Assembly: GCA_963664225.1 (NCBI GenBank)
Contig: OY760937.1
Span: forward strand, 5,472,001-5,536,000
Length of the DNA: 64,000 nucleotides
Reading direction: 5' to 3'
Origin: Verrucomicrobiia bacterium
GTDB lineage: Bacteria; Verrucomicrobiota; Verrucomicrobiia; Limisphaerales; UBA1319
Part shown: positions 10,424 to 20,308 of the stretch, in pieces
How the letters are laid out: each line of letters opens with the position of its first letter
How positions within the stretch are numbered: position 1 is the first letter of the stretch
Notes under the pieces: model-generated
What the model was told of the DNA's origin: nothing
The model's database searches: none
Seen by the model: the letters and a program-made list of their open reading frames with translations, nothing else
Position numbers and translations under genes: made by a program

Positions 10424-12376
10424 TCACCAATCCTTGAATCCTGCAGACTTGGGCTTTTGTTGAGGAACAAAATTCATCGCTTTCTCCCCTTCTTTCTGGG
10501 AATCCAAAAGCTGGCGCGCTTGCTGGGGCGTCATTTTTCCATCAGGTTTCGGGCTTTGGGCTTGGGCGGTCTGGTTGGTCGGGGCTGTTTGATCCGGTTG
10601 CGCTGACTTTTGCTCGGCGTTTTCTTTTTTTTCCGAATTCTGCTTCTGGTCCTTTGCGGCTTGTTCGTCTTTTTTGGAATTTTGCTCCTGAGATTGTTTT
10701 TTGTCTGAATCTTGCTGGGATTTCTGGTCTTTGTCAGGCTGTGGCTGCTTTTGGTCCTGTTTTTTGGAATCGGACGGTTTTTGATCTTTGGAATCGTCTT
10801 TTTTGTTCTGGTCTTTGTTTTCTTTATTCTGGTCTGGAGACTGTTGTGGAGGTTGTTTTTTTAATTCCTCCAGCGCCTTTTTGACGAATTCCGAGTTGTT
10901 TTTCGCATCTTTATCCTTTGGATTTAATTTCAGAGCGGACTCGTAATTCTTCATCGCTTGTTCCCAAGCCCCCATTTTTTCTTTAGCCTCCGGCGCTTTC
11001 TCGCCGAGGCGATAATAGGCATTGCCCAGGTTGTAATAGGCATTTTCCTGAAGAGAGAGGTTCTGTGATAAGGTCGCCTGCTCGAGCTCGGACACGGCGC
11101 GTTCATATTCCCTGGCCTGATAGGCGGCGGTTCCTGCGTTGAATGGCAATCGCTCGTCCTTGGGATTGTTTTTCTGAAGCCGCTCGTATTCCTTGAGGGC
11201 CTCGGGATAGTTTCCCTTGTTATAGAGATCCAAGGCCTTATCTGAGGAAGCCGTTGTCGTGGTTGCGCTCAAGATGAAGGCCAGCGCACCCGCAATGGTA
11301 GCGCTTTGCGAGACTTTGGCGCCTAAAGTCGATTTGGACCGACGCTTGATCCGTAGTCGGACCGGCAGGAATATCTCGACAATCAACAATGCGATAGCAG
11401 CACCGAGGGGCCACTGGAAACGCTCCTGGTAATGTTTAAGAATGCGCGGCGGACGTTTTTCAGTTGTTGGAATGCCACCGACTCTGATTTGGCCCAATAG
11501 CGGAGCCAAACCACGCTCGTAAAGCACGTCCATCGTGTTTGCGCCCCTCAAGGGAAGATAAAAACCGTGTGTTCCTTTGGCCACGTTCTGAAGTAAAGCC
11601 TCGTTTAAATGGGATTTGACCATGTTCCCTTCCTCGTCCTTAACGAACGGTCCGCTGTCCTTTTCGTCCTTGATGGGGATCAGCTCACCTTGGGAAGTTC
11701 CCACTCCGATTGTGAAAATGCGAACACCCGCTTTTTCCGCGGCCTCCACTGCGCCAGTGACTCCTTCCTCGTGATCTTCGCCGTCGGTGATCAAAATAAT
11801 CGCTTTTTCGTTGTTCTCATCCTCTTTGAAAGCTTTGAGGGCGATGCGAATGGCTTCGGCAATGGACGTGCCTCCCTGCGGAATGAAACCGACATCGATG
11901 AGATTCAGACTCTGACGATAGGCCTCATCATCCACAGTGAGCGGGCATTGCAGAAAGGCCGTTCCAGCAAAGGCGACCAGACCGAGACGATCTGTCTTTG
12001 CCAGAGGCATCAATTCGAGAGCAGCCAATTTGGCGCGTGCCATTCGATTAGGAGCAACGTCCTGTGTGGACATGCTGCGCGAAGTGTCCAAGGCGACTAC
12101 AATATCCAGCCCGCTCTGTTTGAGTTCCTCCAGTGTAAATCCCCATTGTGGACGTGCGAGCGCAAGCATGAGGAACGCAACGCTCGCAAGGATCAGAATC
12201 ATCCGCAGTTTTTGAATGGCTGGCTTAAGGCCGACGGTCAGGTTGGCCAGCAATCGCGAGCGAACAAACAAGCCCATGTCTCTCTGCCGCTTGCGCCAGG
12301 CAAAGAACATAAAGACAGACAGCAATCCAACCACCGCAAGCAGGATGAGGAGCATGGGAGGGTTTCCAAATTTCAT
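10424..12376 (-). CDS. BatB/BatC-like fusion: VWA domain, TM segment, TPR repeats, Q/K/D-rich tail ending KDW
   Basis: DTSRSM MIDAS, ITDGEDH, YYNLGNAYY TPR; ATGA overlap with the upstream gene. Confidence 0.88.
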   Translation of the reverse strand: MKFGNPPMLLILLAVVGLLSVFMFFAWRKRQRDMGLFVRSRLLANLTVGLKPAIQKLRMILILASVAFLMLALARPQWGFTLEELKQSGLDIVVALDTSRSMSTQDVAPNRMARAKLAALELMPLAKTDRLGLVAFAGTAFLQCPLTVDDEAYRQSLNLIDVGFIPQGGTSIAEAIRIALKAFKEDENNEKAIILITDGEDHEEGVTGAVEAAEKAGVRIFTIGVGTSQGELIPIKDEKDSGPFVKDEEGNMVKSHLNEALLQNVAKGTHGFYLPLRGANTMDVLYERGLAPLLGQIRVGGIPTTEKRPPRILKHYQERFQWPLGAAIALLIVEIFLPVRLRIKRRSKSTLGAKVSQSATIAGALAFILSATTTTASSDKALDLYNKGNYPEALKEYERLQKNNPKDERLPFNAGTAAYQAREYERAVSELEQATLSQNLSLQENAYYNLGNAYYRLGEKAPEAKEKMGAWEQAMKNYESALKLNPKDKDAKNNSEFVKKALEELKKQPPQQSPDQNKENKDQNKKDDSKDQKPSDSKKQDQKQPQPDKDQKSQQDSDKKQSQEQNSKKDEQAAKDQKQNSEKKENAEQKSAQPDQTAPTNQTAQAQSPKPDGKMTPQQARQLLDSQKEGEKAMNFVPQQKPKSAGFKDW

Positions 12377-13368
12377 GGCAGTTTCCTCCAAACGGTATGG
12401 CCTAGAATAATTTCCAGGAGCAGCAGGAACAAGCCTGGTACGACCGCATAATCGAAGACGTCGTTGTAACGCTGGAATTTTTTGACTGTGGCCTCGGTTT
12501 TTTCCAGACGATCAATTTCCGCATAAACGCGGCGCAGGGTGTCCGAACTATCCGCGCGGTAATATTTTCCCCCTGTCTTTTCCGCGATCTGTTTAAGAGT
12601 GTCCTCGTCGATATCCACCTTTATTTGCACGTAAACCTTGCGCCCGAACATGTCGGTTTGGGGGTAGGGGGCGACGCCGCGGGTGCCAACGCCGATGGTA
12701 TAAACCTTCACCCCCAAAGCTTGGGCGGCTTCGGCAGCGGTCAAGGGGGGCACCTGTCCGGCGTTGTTTTGGCCATCAGTCATCAGAATTATGATTTTGC
12801 TTTTCGAGGGGATGTCCTTGAGGCGGTTAAGAGAGGCTGTAAGCGCCGCGCCTATCGCTGTTCGATCCTCAATAGTGCCAATGTCCAGGCGCTCGAGGTT
12901 GTTTAAAAAGAAATCATGATCCAGCGTCAGCGGCGCTGCAATGTAAGCCCGTCCGGCGAAGGCGACCAGACCAATGCGGTCGTTTTCACGTTTGAGGACG
13001 AACTTTTGTAGAACTTCTTTTGCTACTTCGAGGCGGTTTGCACGCTGCCCCTGCAGTTCAAAGTCCTCAGAAGCCATGCTGCTGGACAAATCCAAAGCAA
13101 CCACAATGTCGATGCCGCTTGCGGTGATTTTTGCATGGCCTTCACCCAATTGGGGGCGGGCAAAACCAATAATGAACAAGGCCAGAGCGAGCCAACGCAT
13201 TCGGGGCAGGATGGCTCCGGCCTTCGAACGTGTGATGCCCGTGATACCTTTAACCAATTGAACCGAAGAATAAAGAAAAGCGGATTCGCGACCGTAACGC
13301 CCCCGCAGCCAGGCTAAAAACAGCAAGGTTGGCAATAAAAGTAAAAACCAGGGATGGGCGAAGGTCAT
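12373..13368 (-). CDS. batA: BatA-like VWA domain protein
   Basis: DLSSSM MIDAS, DRIGLVAFAG, MTDGQNNAG, IDRLEKT. Confidence 0.88.
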   Translation of the reverse strand: MTFAHPWFLLLLPTLLFLAWLRGRYGRESAFLYSSVQLVKGITGITRSKAGAILPRMRWLALALFIIGFARPQLGEGHAKITASGIDIVVALDLSSSMASEDFELQGQRANRLEVAKEVLQKFVLKRENDRIGLVAFAGRAYIAAPLTLDHDFFLNNLERLDIGTIEDRTAIGAALTASLNRLKDIPSKSKIIILMTDGQNNAGQVPPLTAAEAAQALGVKVYTIGVGTRGVAPYPQTDMFGRKVYVQIKVDIDEDTLKQIAEKTGGKYYRADSSDTLRRVYAEIDRLEKTEATVKKFQRYNDVFDYAVVPGLFLLLLEIILGHTVWRKLP

Positions 13369-13958
13369 GCGATGACGGGGGGGTCCGAGTTTTTCGCGAG
13401 TTCCGCCTGGGCATCGGACTGTGGGTGCGGGCAGGTTTCATCTACCAGTCGGAGGGCCGCATCGTAAAGAGCCTGCAACTCGTTTTGGCCTGGCTCGTAG
13501 CGTGCGAATTTCACCATGTCACACTGGCGCAGAAAGTCGGCGAGCAGCGTTTTGTGAGGGCCGGAGAGTTTGTGACTGGACTGCAACTCAGAAAGGAACT
13601 CTTCTGTGGTACGCTCCGGGGCTCTCAAATCAAAGCGTTCCTCAAGATAGACTCGCGCGGCATCGCTGACGAAGATCGTGAACGGTTTGGGTTGCCCCAT
13701 GAGCGCTAATGCTTGCTGGAGTTTCTCCCGGGCGCGCACTTCGGGGGGAATCGGCGCCTCTGGTGCTTCCAACACTTTGTTGCGCCTGCGTTTCCACCAC
13801 CACCAGGCTGCAGCACCGAGTATCAGCAGCAGCAACAACACCCATAACCAACCCCATCCTGAAGGAATGAAGACCGGTGGGCGAATGGGTTGGATATCCA
13901 TTGTCGCCGCTGGAACGGCAGGGGCTGCCTTAACGATATATCGCCGTTGCAATTTCAT
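13365..13958 (-). CDS. Single-TM protein of the bat operon (DUF4381-like)
   Basis: DIQPI, TM helix, ERTTEEFL, DMVKFA; ATGA overlaps on both sides. Confidence 0.75.
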   Translation of the reverse strand: MKLQRRYIVKAAPAVPAATMDIQPIRPPVFIPSGWGWLWVLLLLLILGAAAWWWWKRRRNKVLEAPEAPIPPEVRAREKLQQALALMGQPKPFTIFVSDAARVYLEERFDLRAPERTTEEFLSELQSSHKLSGPHKTLLADFLRQCDMVKFARYEPGQNELQALYDAALRLVDETCPHPQSDAQAELAKNSDPPVIA

Positions 13959-14911
13959 CCTCTTCGCCGCCTTTTCTCACGTGTCTCAAAAAAGCGCCCA
14001 AGCGCCGCCACGTACGATTCATCTGTGCGCAGTTGGATGGAATCAATTTTAGCAGAGCGAAACAGGCGAATTAGATCTTCCTGGGCTTGGGTTTGACGTT
14101 GGGCAAAGGTGCGACGTTTACGTTCATCGCCTGTGTTGACTTCAACGACCTCACCGGTTTCCGCGTCTTTAAGGATCAACCTTCCCAGGGCGGGAAGCTC
14201 CATTTCATAGCGGTCCACCACATGCACAGCCACCACATCATGGCGCCGATTGGCCTGGCGCAGAGAGGTGAGGGAGGCTTGAGCCAGCGTTTCGGAGAGC
14301 ACCACTTTGCGGCGCAAGTGGGCTGTAATTTCGGCCCGCGTTGGGAACGTTTGTCCCAGGAAATCGGAGATTACGACGGCGATGGCCCGGTGCGGCGTGA
14401 CTCGAACCAGAAACTCCAGGGCACAATTTAAATCAGTGCCGCGGTGTTTGGATTCGTGATATAAAATCTCACGAATTACGCGCAGGACGTGACGGCGTCC
14501 TTTGCGGGGAGGGATGAATTTCTCAACTGTTTCGGTAAAAATAATCAAACCGACCTTGTCGTTGTTGCGGATTGCTGAGAATGCCAGCACAGAAGCGATT
14601 TCCGCAGCCAGTTCCCGTTTCGTTTGTTCGCCGGAGCCGAACAGTCCCGAACCGCTTAAATCGACAATCAGCATCAGGGTCAATTCGCGCTCTTCCACGA
14701 ATTTTTTTACGAATGGATGGTTCATTCGGGCCGTCACGTTCCAATCGATGGAACGGACCTCGTCGCCAGGCTGGTATTCGCGCACCTCCTCAAAATTCAT
14801 GCCCTGACCCTTGAATACACTATGGTAATGCCCGGCAAGCGATTCGCTGACCAAACGGGTGGTCCGCAACTCGATGGCGCGTATTTTTTTGAGCAGTTCG
14901 CGTGGAATCAT
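13955..14911 (-). CDS. DUF58 domain protein
   Basis: GMNFEEVREYQPGDEVRSIDWNVTAR; DLSGS. Confidence 0.92.
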   Translation of the reverse strand: MIPRELLKKIRAIELRTTRLVSESLAGHYHSVFKGQGMNFEEVREYQPGDEVRSIDWNVTARMNHPFVKKFVEERELTLMLIVDLSGSGLFGSGEQTKRELAAEIASVLAFSAIRNNDKVGLIIFTETVEKFIPPRKGRRHVLRVIREILYHESKHRGTDLNCALEFLVRVTPHRAIAVVISDFLGQTFPTRAEITAHLRRKVVLSETLAQASLTSLRQANRRHDVVAVHVVDRYEMELPALGRLILKDAETGEVVEVNTGDERKRRTFAQRQTQAQEDLIRLFRSAKIDSIQLRTDESYVAALGRFFETREKRRRRG

Positions 14912-14966
14912 GGTGTGTTTTTATCCGGACAGGTACAAGTGGCCTGTAACCATTACCTTGTATGCA

Positions 14967-15956
14967 TCAGGGAACTGGCAATTCGTCGAAGATTTTTTGA
15001 ATGACCGTTTCGCTGGTTTTTTCTTCGGCCTCCGCTTCATAGGTCACCGCGACGCGGTGACGGAGCACATCCATGCCGATGGATTTGACATCCTGTGGGA
15101 TGACGTAACCACGGCCCTGGAGGAACGCATAAGCCTTGGCTGCGAGAGTGAGCGAAATTGTGGCACGCGGTGAAGCCCCCAATTGAATAAGGGACTTGAG
15201 ATCGATTTTATAGAATTCTGGTTCGCGGGTGGCGCAGACGATGTCCACGATGTAATCCTTGACTTTGTCATCGATGTAAATGTCATTGATGACCCGACGC
15301 GCCTCAAGGATCTGGCTGGCCTGGACCACCGGCTGGGTTTCCGGTGGATTGTTGGTTCGGGCCATCAACTCCAATATCTGACGTTCTTCCGCCCGTGATG
15401 GGTATCCGATTTTCAATTTCAACATGAAGCGGTCAACTTGGGCTTCGGGAAGAGGATAAGTGCCTTCCTGTTCGATAGGATTCTGAGTGGCAAGGACCAG
15501 GAAAGGTTCTTCCAAAGGAAAGGTATGGTCGCCAATGGTCACCTGTTTTTCCTGCATGGCTTCCAGAAGGGCGCTCTGGACTTTGGCCGGTGCGCGGTTG
15601 ATTTCATCGGCAAGCACCAGATGAGCAAAGACGGGTCCCTTGCGCGTCGTAAAACCACCGGAACCGGGGTTGTATATCTGGGTGCCCACAATGTCTGCGG
15701 GAAGCATATCCGGTGTGAATTGGAGACGCGAAAACTTCAGATGGATGCAATGGGCCAGGGATTTGACCGAGAGCGTTTTGGCCAATCCAGGCACGCCTTC
15801 CAGCAGAAGGTGCCCATTGGCCAAAAGACCGATGACCAGACGCTCCACGAGGTATTTCTGGCCAATGACCACTTTGTTCATCTCACTGTACAAGGGCTGC
15901 AAAAATGCACCGGCCCGTTGCACTTCCTCATTAATGGCACTGATACCCGCATTCAT
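14967..15956 (-). CDS. moxR: MoxR family AAA+ ATPase
   Basis: GVPGLAKT, QFTPDMLPAD, DEINRAPAKVQSALLEAM, ATQNPIEQEGTYPLPEAQVDRF. Confidence 0.96.
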   Translation of the reverse strand: MNAGISAINEEVQRAGAFLQPLYSEMNKVVIGQKYLVERLVIGLLANGHLLLEGVPGLAKTLSVKSLAHCIHLKFSRLQFTPDMLPADIVGTQIYNPGSGGFTTRKGPVFAHLVLADEINRAPAKVQSALLEAMQEKQVTIGDHTFPLEEPFLVLATQNPIEQEGTYPLPEAQVDRFMLKLKIGYPSRAEERQILELMARTNNPPETQPVVQASQILEARRVINDIYIDDKVKDYIVDIVCATREPEFYKIDLKSLIQLGASPRATISLTLAAKAYAFLQGRGYVIPQDVKSIGMDVLRHRVAVTYEAEAEEKTSETVIQKIFDELPVP

Positions 15957-16184
15957 AATGTAATCTTAACAACAGTTGACCACTTAGCCGCCGATTTGTT
16001 CAGAACCGGCTCCTTCCAAAGGAGTTGGCCGGGAGTCAGGCAGCGACGCGTTAAAAAGGTCCCGCGCCATTTTTCTGCCTGATTGAGCTTAATGCGTCAA
16101 TCGCCTTGTCAATCGGGGATGACACAGTTTATTAATAGGCTTGGAAAGGCTGTGGCGGAAAACCAGCCATTACACTAAAACCGC

Positions 16185-17324
16185 ATGATCGGTGCATTAT
16201 TGACAATTAACGACAGCGTCCGCGAATTCATTCGACGGATACCCATGGCTGCGTCTGGAATGGACTCTGAATCCCAGACGTCACAAGAAGCGGATTTCAA
16301 CGAGATGGCCCTTGCCATTGCGAAGGTGCAAATACAGCTAAACCCTTTGCTCAAGGCGCTTTGCCAAAAAAGGAAGATCGATTCATCGGGACTCAAACAC
16401 TGGATGGAAATTCCGGCTGTGCCCACCACAGCTTTCAAAACGTCCGGGTGTAGTTGCCTGCCTGCGAAGGACTTGACCACCATATTTCATTCGAGTGGCA
16501 CCACTTGTCAAAACGCCAGTTGCCATGGGCATAGCGAGAAAACGCTCGCCATTTATGAGGCATCTGTAGTGCCATGGTTTAATTACCATTTGTGCGGTGA
16601 CGACAACAAGAAATTGAGTTTCCTGTCCCTGACGCCTTCGTTTCTGAATGCGCCACATTCCTCACTGGCGCACATGATGACCACAGTCATGAACCATTGG
16701 GGTGGGGGAACGGGTCAGTTCACGGGGGTGGTGGATGCCGACCTGGGATGGATTTTGGATACTCAAAAAACAGTAAAGGCACTTGAGGAGGCAGTGAATG
16801 GAAAACAACCGATGATGGTTTTAGGAACGGCCTTTTCATTTGTGCATCTTCTGGATCACTTGCATAAGTGCAATAGGCAGTTTGCACTGCCTGCAGGTTC
16901 TCGCGTGATGGAAACAGGCGGTTACAAAGGACGCTCTCGCACAATGCCCAAGGTTGAATTGCACCGGATTATATCCCGTTGGTTGGGAGTTCGGAGATCA
17001 GACATCGTTTGCGAATATGGCATGTGCGAGTTGAGTTCGCAGGCCTACGATTGCCGTTACTCTTCAATACCGGGAATAGAGCCTGACGAGAAGGAGCGAG
17101 TGTTTCATTTTCCGCCGTGGGCGAGGATGTGCGTCGTTTCCCCTGAAAATGGTCAAGAGGTCAAGGAAGGAGAAACAGGTTTGATTCGTGTATGCGATAT
17201 CGCCAATATTGGCTCCAGTATTATGGTGCAAACGGAAGATTTGGGAATCAAGCGTGGCAACGGTTTTGAGCTGGTCGGGCGAGCGGTGGAGTCCGAACCT
17301 CGTGGCTGTTCCTTGATGTCATAA
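16185..17324 (+). CDS. LuxE-like acyl-protein synthetase
   Basis: FHSSGTT, METGGYKGR, EYGMCELSSQAY, TEDLG, terminal GR...RGCSL with the acyl-acceptor Cys; start uncertain. Confidence 0.85.
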   Translation: MIGALLTINDSVREFIRRIPMAASGMDSESQTSQEADFNEMALAIAKVQIQLNPLLKALCQKRKIDSSGLKHWMEIPAVPTTAFKTSGCSCLPAKDLTTIFHSSGTTCQNASCHGHSEKTLAIYEASVVPWFNYHLCGDDNKKLSFLSLTPSFLNAPHSSLAHMMTTVMNHWGGGTGQFTGVVDADLGWILDTQKTVKALEEAVNGKQPMMVLGTAFSFVHLLDHLHKCNRQFALPAGSRVMETGGYKGRSRTMPKVELHRIISRWLGVRRSDIVCEYGMCELSSQAYDCRYSSIPGIEPDEKERVFHFPPWARMCVVSPENGQEVKEGETGLIRVCDIANIGSSIMVQTEDLGIKRGNGFELVGRAVESEPRGCSLMS

Positions 17325-17350
17325 TCTGAATCGCATCCGGACAAAGATTT

Positions 17351-18586
17351 GTGAACACCCCAAAGCGCCAACATAAGACCGTCACTCTCTGGCTTAGCGG
17401 GATTTTGCATGCCTTTACGCATCTTTATACAACGGCGCTGATACCGCTGTATCTGCTCATTCAGAAGGATTTCCAGCTTTCAGGCGATGGGCAGGCTGCG
17501 TTAATGGTCACCGTCCAGACGGTGGCTTACGTACTTCCCAGCTATTGGCTGGGGGTATTGGCCGACAAATACAGTCGGAAAACCATCATGGCCGTCGGTT
17601 TGATTCTCAATGGTCTGGCGTTCATTGCGCTGGCTTTCGCGCCAAGCTACGGATGGGCGATGGTTTGCCTGGTGATTGCGGGATTTGGAGGCAGTTTTTA
17701 TCATCCGGCGGCTTCGGCAATGGTTGTTCGTTTGTTTCCCTCAAATCCCGGACATGCGCTCGGGCGGGTTGGCATTGGAGCGGGGGCCGGTTTTTTTGTA
17801 GGACCTGTCTATGCGGGTTGGCGAGCTTCGACCGCTGGCTGGAGAGCGCCCTTGTTGGAACTGGGGCTGTTTGGCGTTTTAGCGGCCGTGGCATTCTATT
17901 GGTTCGCCCAGGAAGAGATCGCGGAAGCCGTACCGCAACGAGAACAAGTTGTTCGGGACACGTGGAAATTTGAACCACGGTGGCTCTGGGTGTTTTTTGG
18001 CGTTTGCGTGGCGTTCAGCCTGAGGGATTTTGCTGGAGGCGGGATGTCCACCCTCAGTTCGCTTTTCCTGCAAAGGGCCTGGGGTTATGATTCTGCCTGG
18101 GCGGGCATTGCGCTGGGCTCGCTTTCGCTCATGGCCATGATCAGCAATCCTCTTTTTGGAAGTCTGAGCGATCGGAATCGCGAGGGATCGATCCGGACGG
18201 TGCTGTTCATAGCTGCAGGCCTGGCCACGCTCATGCCGTGGCTACCCAGGCATTTTCTTTTACCCGCATTGCTGGCCTATGGATTCTTTTTCATGGCCAG
18301 TTTCCCGATGGTCGAGGCAGCGGTGATGAGTTCGGTGCCCGATCATGTTCGGGGACGGGTCATGGGTTTTCTTGTCATGTTTTGCGGCGGAGCCAGCAGC
18401 ATATCCCACTGGATCATGGGTGAAAGCGTCAAAGGGTTGGGTTCCCGCTCTGGCACCCCTTCGGCATTTGTTCCTGTTTTTGCGACATTGGGTGTCTTGA
18501 TTGTCAGCGCGCTACTCGGGTTGCGGGGCTTGCGCGCGTTGCGACGTTCGTCACCGTTGCCAGTTCATGCTAACGCCAATTTATGA
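17351..18586 (+). CDS. MFS transporter
   Basis: About 12 hydrophobic segments; GVLADKYSRK and GSLSDRNR loop motifs; FYHP. Confidence 0.9.
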   Translation: MNTPKRQHKTVTLWLSGILHAFTHLYTTALIPLYLLIQKDFQLSGDGQAALMVTVQTVAYVLPSYWLGVLADKYSRKTIMAVGLILNGLAFIALAFAPSYGWAMVCLVIAGFGGSFYHPAASAMVVRLFPSNPGHALGRVGIGAGAGFFVGPVYAGWRASTAGWRAPLLELGLFGVLAAVAFYWFAQEEIAEAVPQREQVVRDTWKFEPRWLWVFFGVCVAFSLRDFAGGGMSTLSSLFLQRAWGYDSAWAGIALGSLSLMAMISNPLFGSLSDRNREGSIRTVLFIAAGLATLMPWLPRHFLLPALLAYGFFFMASFPMVEAAVMSSVPDHVRGRVMGFLVMFCGGASSISHWIMGESVKGLGSRSGTPSAFVPVFATLGVLIVSALLGLRGLRALRRSSPLPVHANANL

Positions 18587-19950
18587 ACCTGCCTAATTAT
18601 TTTCTGGCTGATCTTCCTCCCGAGGCCGTGCTCAATCCGGTGATGATCACCGAGGCGTGCCAGACGCTGAAGAGAAACCGTGCCCGTTTTTTGGAGGAAC
18701 GGACGACAGACAGGATCATTCATATTCTTGCGGACAACGCCCGCCGCTGGATGGATCCCAGCGATTCTTTCCGTCAATTGGCGCTGGCTCAAGGCCCGGC
18801 GGAACTCGGCTGTTCGGTCCAGACATTGGAGCGTGGAATTGACGCTTTCTTTTCTGAAATGACCCGGGAAAATCTCGAAGCGATGGTCGCCCAGGATTTG
18901 GGCCATCACCACCGGCTCGACAGGCCGGTTTCCTCGCCTGAAGAGCGCGAGACGCACCGTGCATCAATTGCGCGTGGACCGGAATTATTGGTGCATATTG
19001 CATCGGGAAATATTCCCGCACCCGCATGGATGAGCATTGCCTTGGGACTGCTGGCGCGGTCGGCTCAATTCATGAAATGCGCCACCAATGCCACGCTTCT
19101 GCCCAGGTTATACGCCCATTCTCTTTACGATGCCGAGCCCAAGTTGGGGGCCTGTCTGGAAATTGCCTGCTGGCCGGGTGGGAGCAGAGAATTGGAAGAA
19201 GCCCTGTTTGCCGAGGCCGATTGTGTGACCGCTACTGGTTCGGATGATGCCCTGACCTCGATTCGTCAATGTCTGCCCATACGATGCCGGTTTATCGGCT
19301 ATGGTCATAAGGTCAGCTTTGGTTACATAAGCCACAAAGCACTATTGCACGACACCATTGAAGGAGTCGTGGAAAGGGCCGCCACAGATGTTGTCGCGTG
19401 GAACCAGCTCGGATGTCTTTCCCCGCATGTCTTTTATGTCGAGGATGGGCGTGAGCACATGGGTGAAAAATTTTCGGAAAAACTCGCGGTTGCATTGGCC
19501 AGGCGCGAGGAAATCGAGCCGCGCGGCCAGATACCCATTCAGGCTTCGGCGGCCATCGCCTCGCGCCGGGCATTTTATGAAATTCGTGCCGCGCATTCCC
19601 CTGAAACGCGCCACTGGTTCAGTCCTGAGAGCACCGCCTGGTCGGTAATTTACGAGGCGGACCCGCAATTCCAAAAATCGTGTCTTAACCGGTTCATTTA
19701 TGTGAAAGGGGTGACGGACTTGATCGAAGCGCTTAAAGGAGCAGAATTAGTGCGCGAATATGTTTCGACTGTGGGACTTGGCGTGGCTGAGGAAGAGATT
19801 AAAGAAATCGTGCCGCAATTGGCTCGATGGGGCGTTCCGCGCATTTGTCCACTGGGTCGGATGCAGCGGCCTCCCTTGGGATGGCGGCATGATGGACGTC
19901 CGCCTTTGGCTGATTTGATAACCTGGACTGACTGGGAACATGAGACTTGA
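18583..19950 (+). CDS. LuxC-like acyl-CoA/acyl-protein reductase
   Basis: HIASGNIP, ATGSD, YGHKVSF, QLGCLSP catalytic Cys, RICPLGRMQRP...HDG. Confidence 0.88.
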   Translation: MNLPNYFLADLPPEAVLNPVMITEACQTLKRNRARFLEERTTDRIIHILADNARRWMDPSDSFRQLALAQGPAELGCSVQTLERGIDAFFSEMTRENLEAMVAQDLGHHHRLDRPVSSPEERETHRASIARGPELLVHIASGNIPAPAWMSIALGLLARSAQFMKCATNATLLPRLYAHSLYDAEPKLGACLEIACWPGGSRELEEALFAEADCVTATGSDDALTSIRQCLPIRCRFIGYGHKVSFGYISHKALLHDTIEGVVERAATDVVAWNQLGCLSPHVFYVEDGREHMGEKFSEKLAVALARREEIEPRGQIPIQASAAIASRRAFYEIRAAHSPETRHWFSPESTAWSVIYEADPQFQKSCLNRFIYVKGVTDLIEALKGAELVREYVSTVGLGVAEEEIKEIVPQLARWGVPRICPLGRMQRPPLGWRHDGRPPLADLITWTDWEHET

Positions 19951-20308
19951 ACTACGCAAAACCTTTCAATTTGAATCCGCCCATTTTCTTCCGTTTGTAG
20001 GCGAGACACATAAATGCCGACGTCTCCACGGTCACAGCTTTGTCGTGGAAATTGCCGTGCGCGGTGAGTGCGATCCCCAATTGGGCTGGGTGATGGACTA
20101 TGCGGACATGACAAGCGCCTTTCGTCCAATATTGGAAGAACTTGACCATCATTACTTGAACGCAATTCCGGGCTTGAGCAATCCAACGAGCGAAAACCTG
20201 GCGGTCTGGATTTGGGATCGGCTGCAGTCCCAGTTGCCACTTCTTTCAGAGATTAGGGTGGCTGAAACATGCACAGCGCGTTGTGTTTACAACGGAAACA
20301 AGCGATAG
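19940..20308 (+). CDS. queD: 6-carboxy-5,6,7,8-tetrahydropterin synthase
   Basis: FESAH, CRRLHGHS (CxxxHGH, QueD type), LDHHYLN, NPTSENLA, ET. Confidence 0.93.
   Translation: MRLELRKTFQFESAHFLPFVGETHKCRRLHGHSFVVEIAVRGECDPQLGWVMDYADMTSAFRPILEELDHHYLNAIPGLSNPTSENLAVWIWDRLQSQLPLLSEIRVAETCTARCVYNGNKR

Noticed and set aside
10424..10870. Low-complexity Q/K/D-rich tract as a novel repeat
   Set aside because: It is the usual disordered linker of BatC-like proteins before the KDW terminus.
16185..19950. Bioluminescence (lux) operon
   Set aside because: No luxA, luxB or luxD in the window; only the reductase and synthetase homologs are present.
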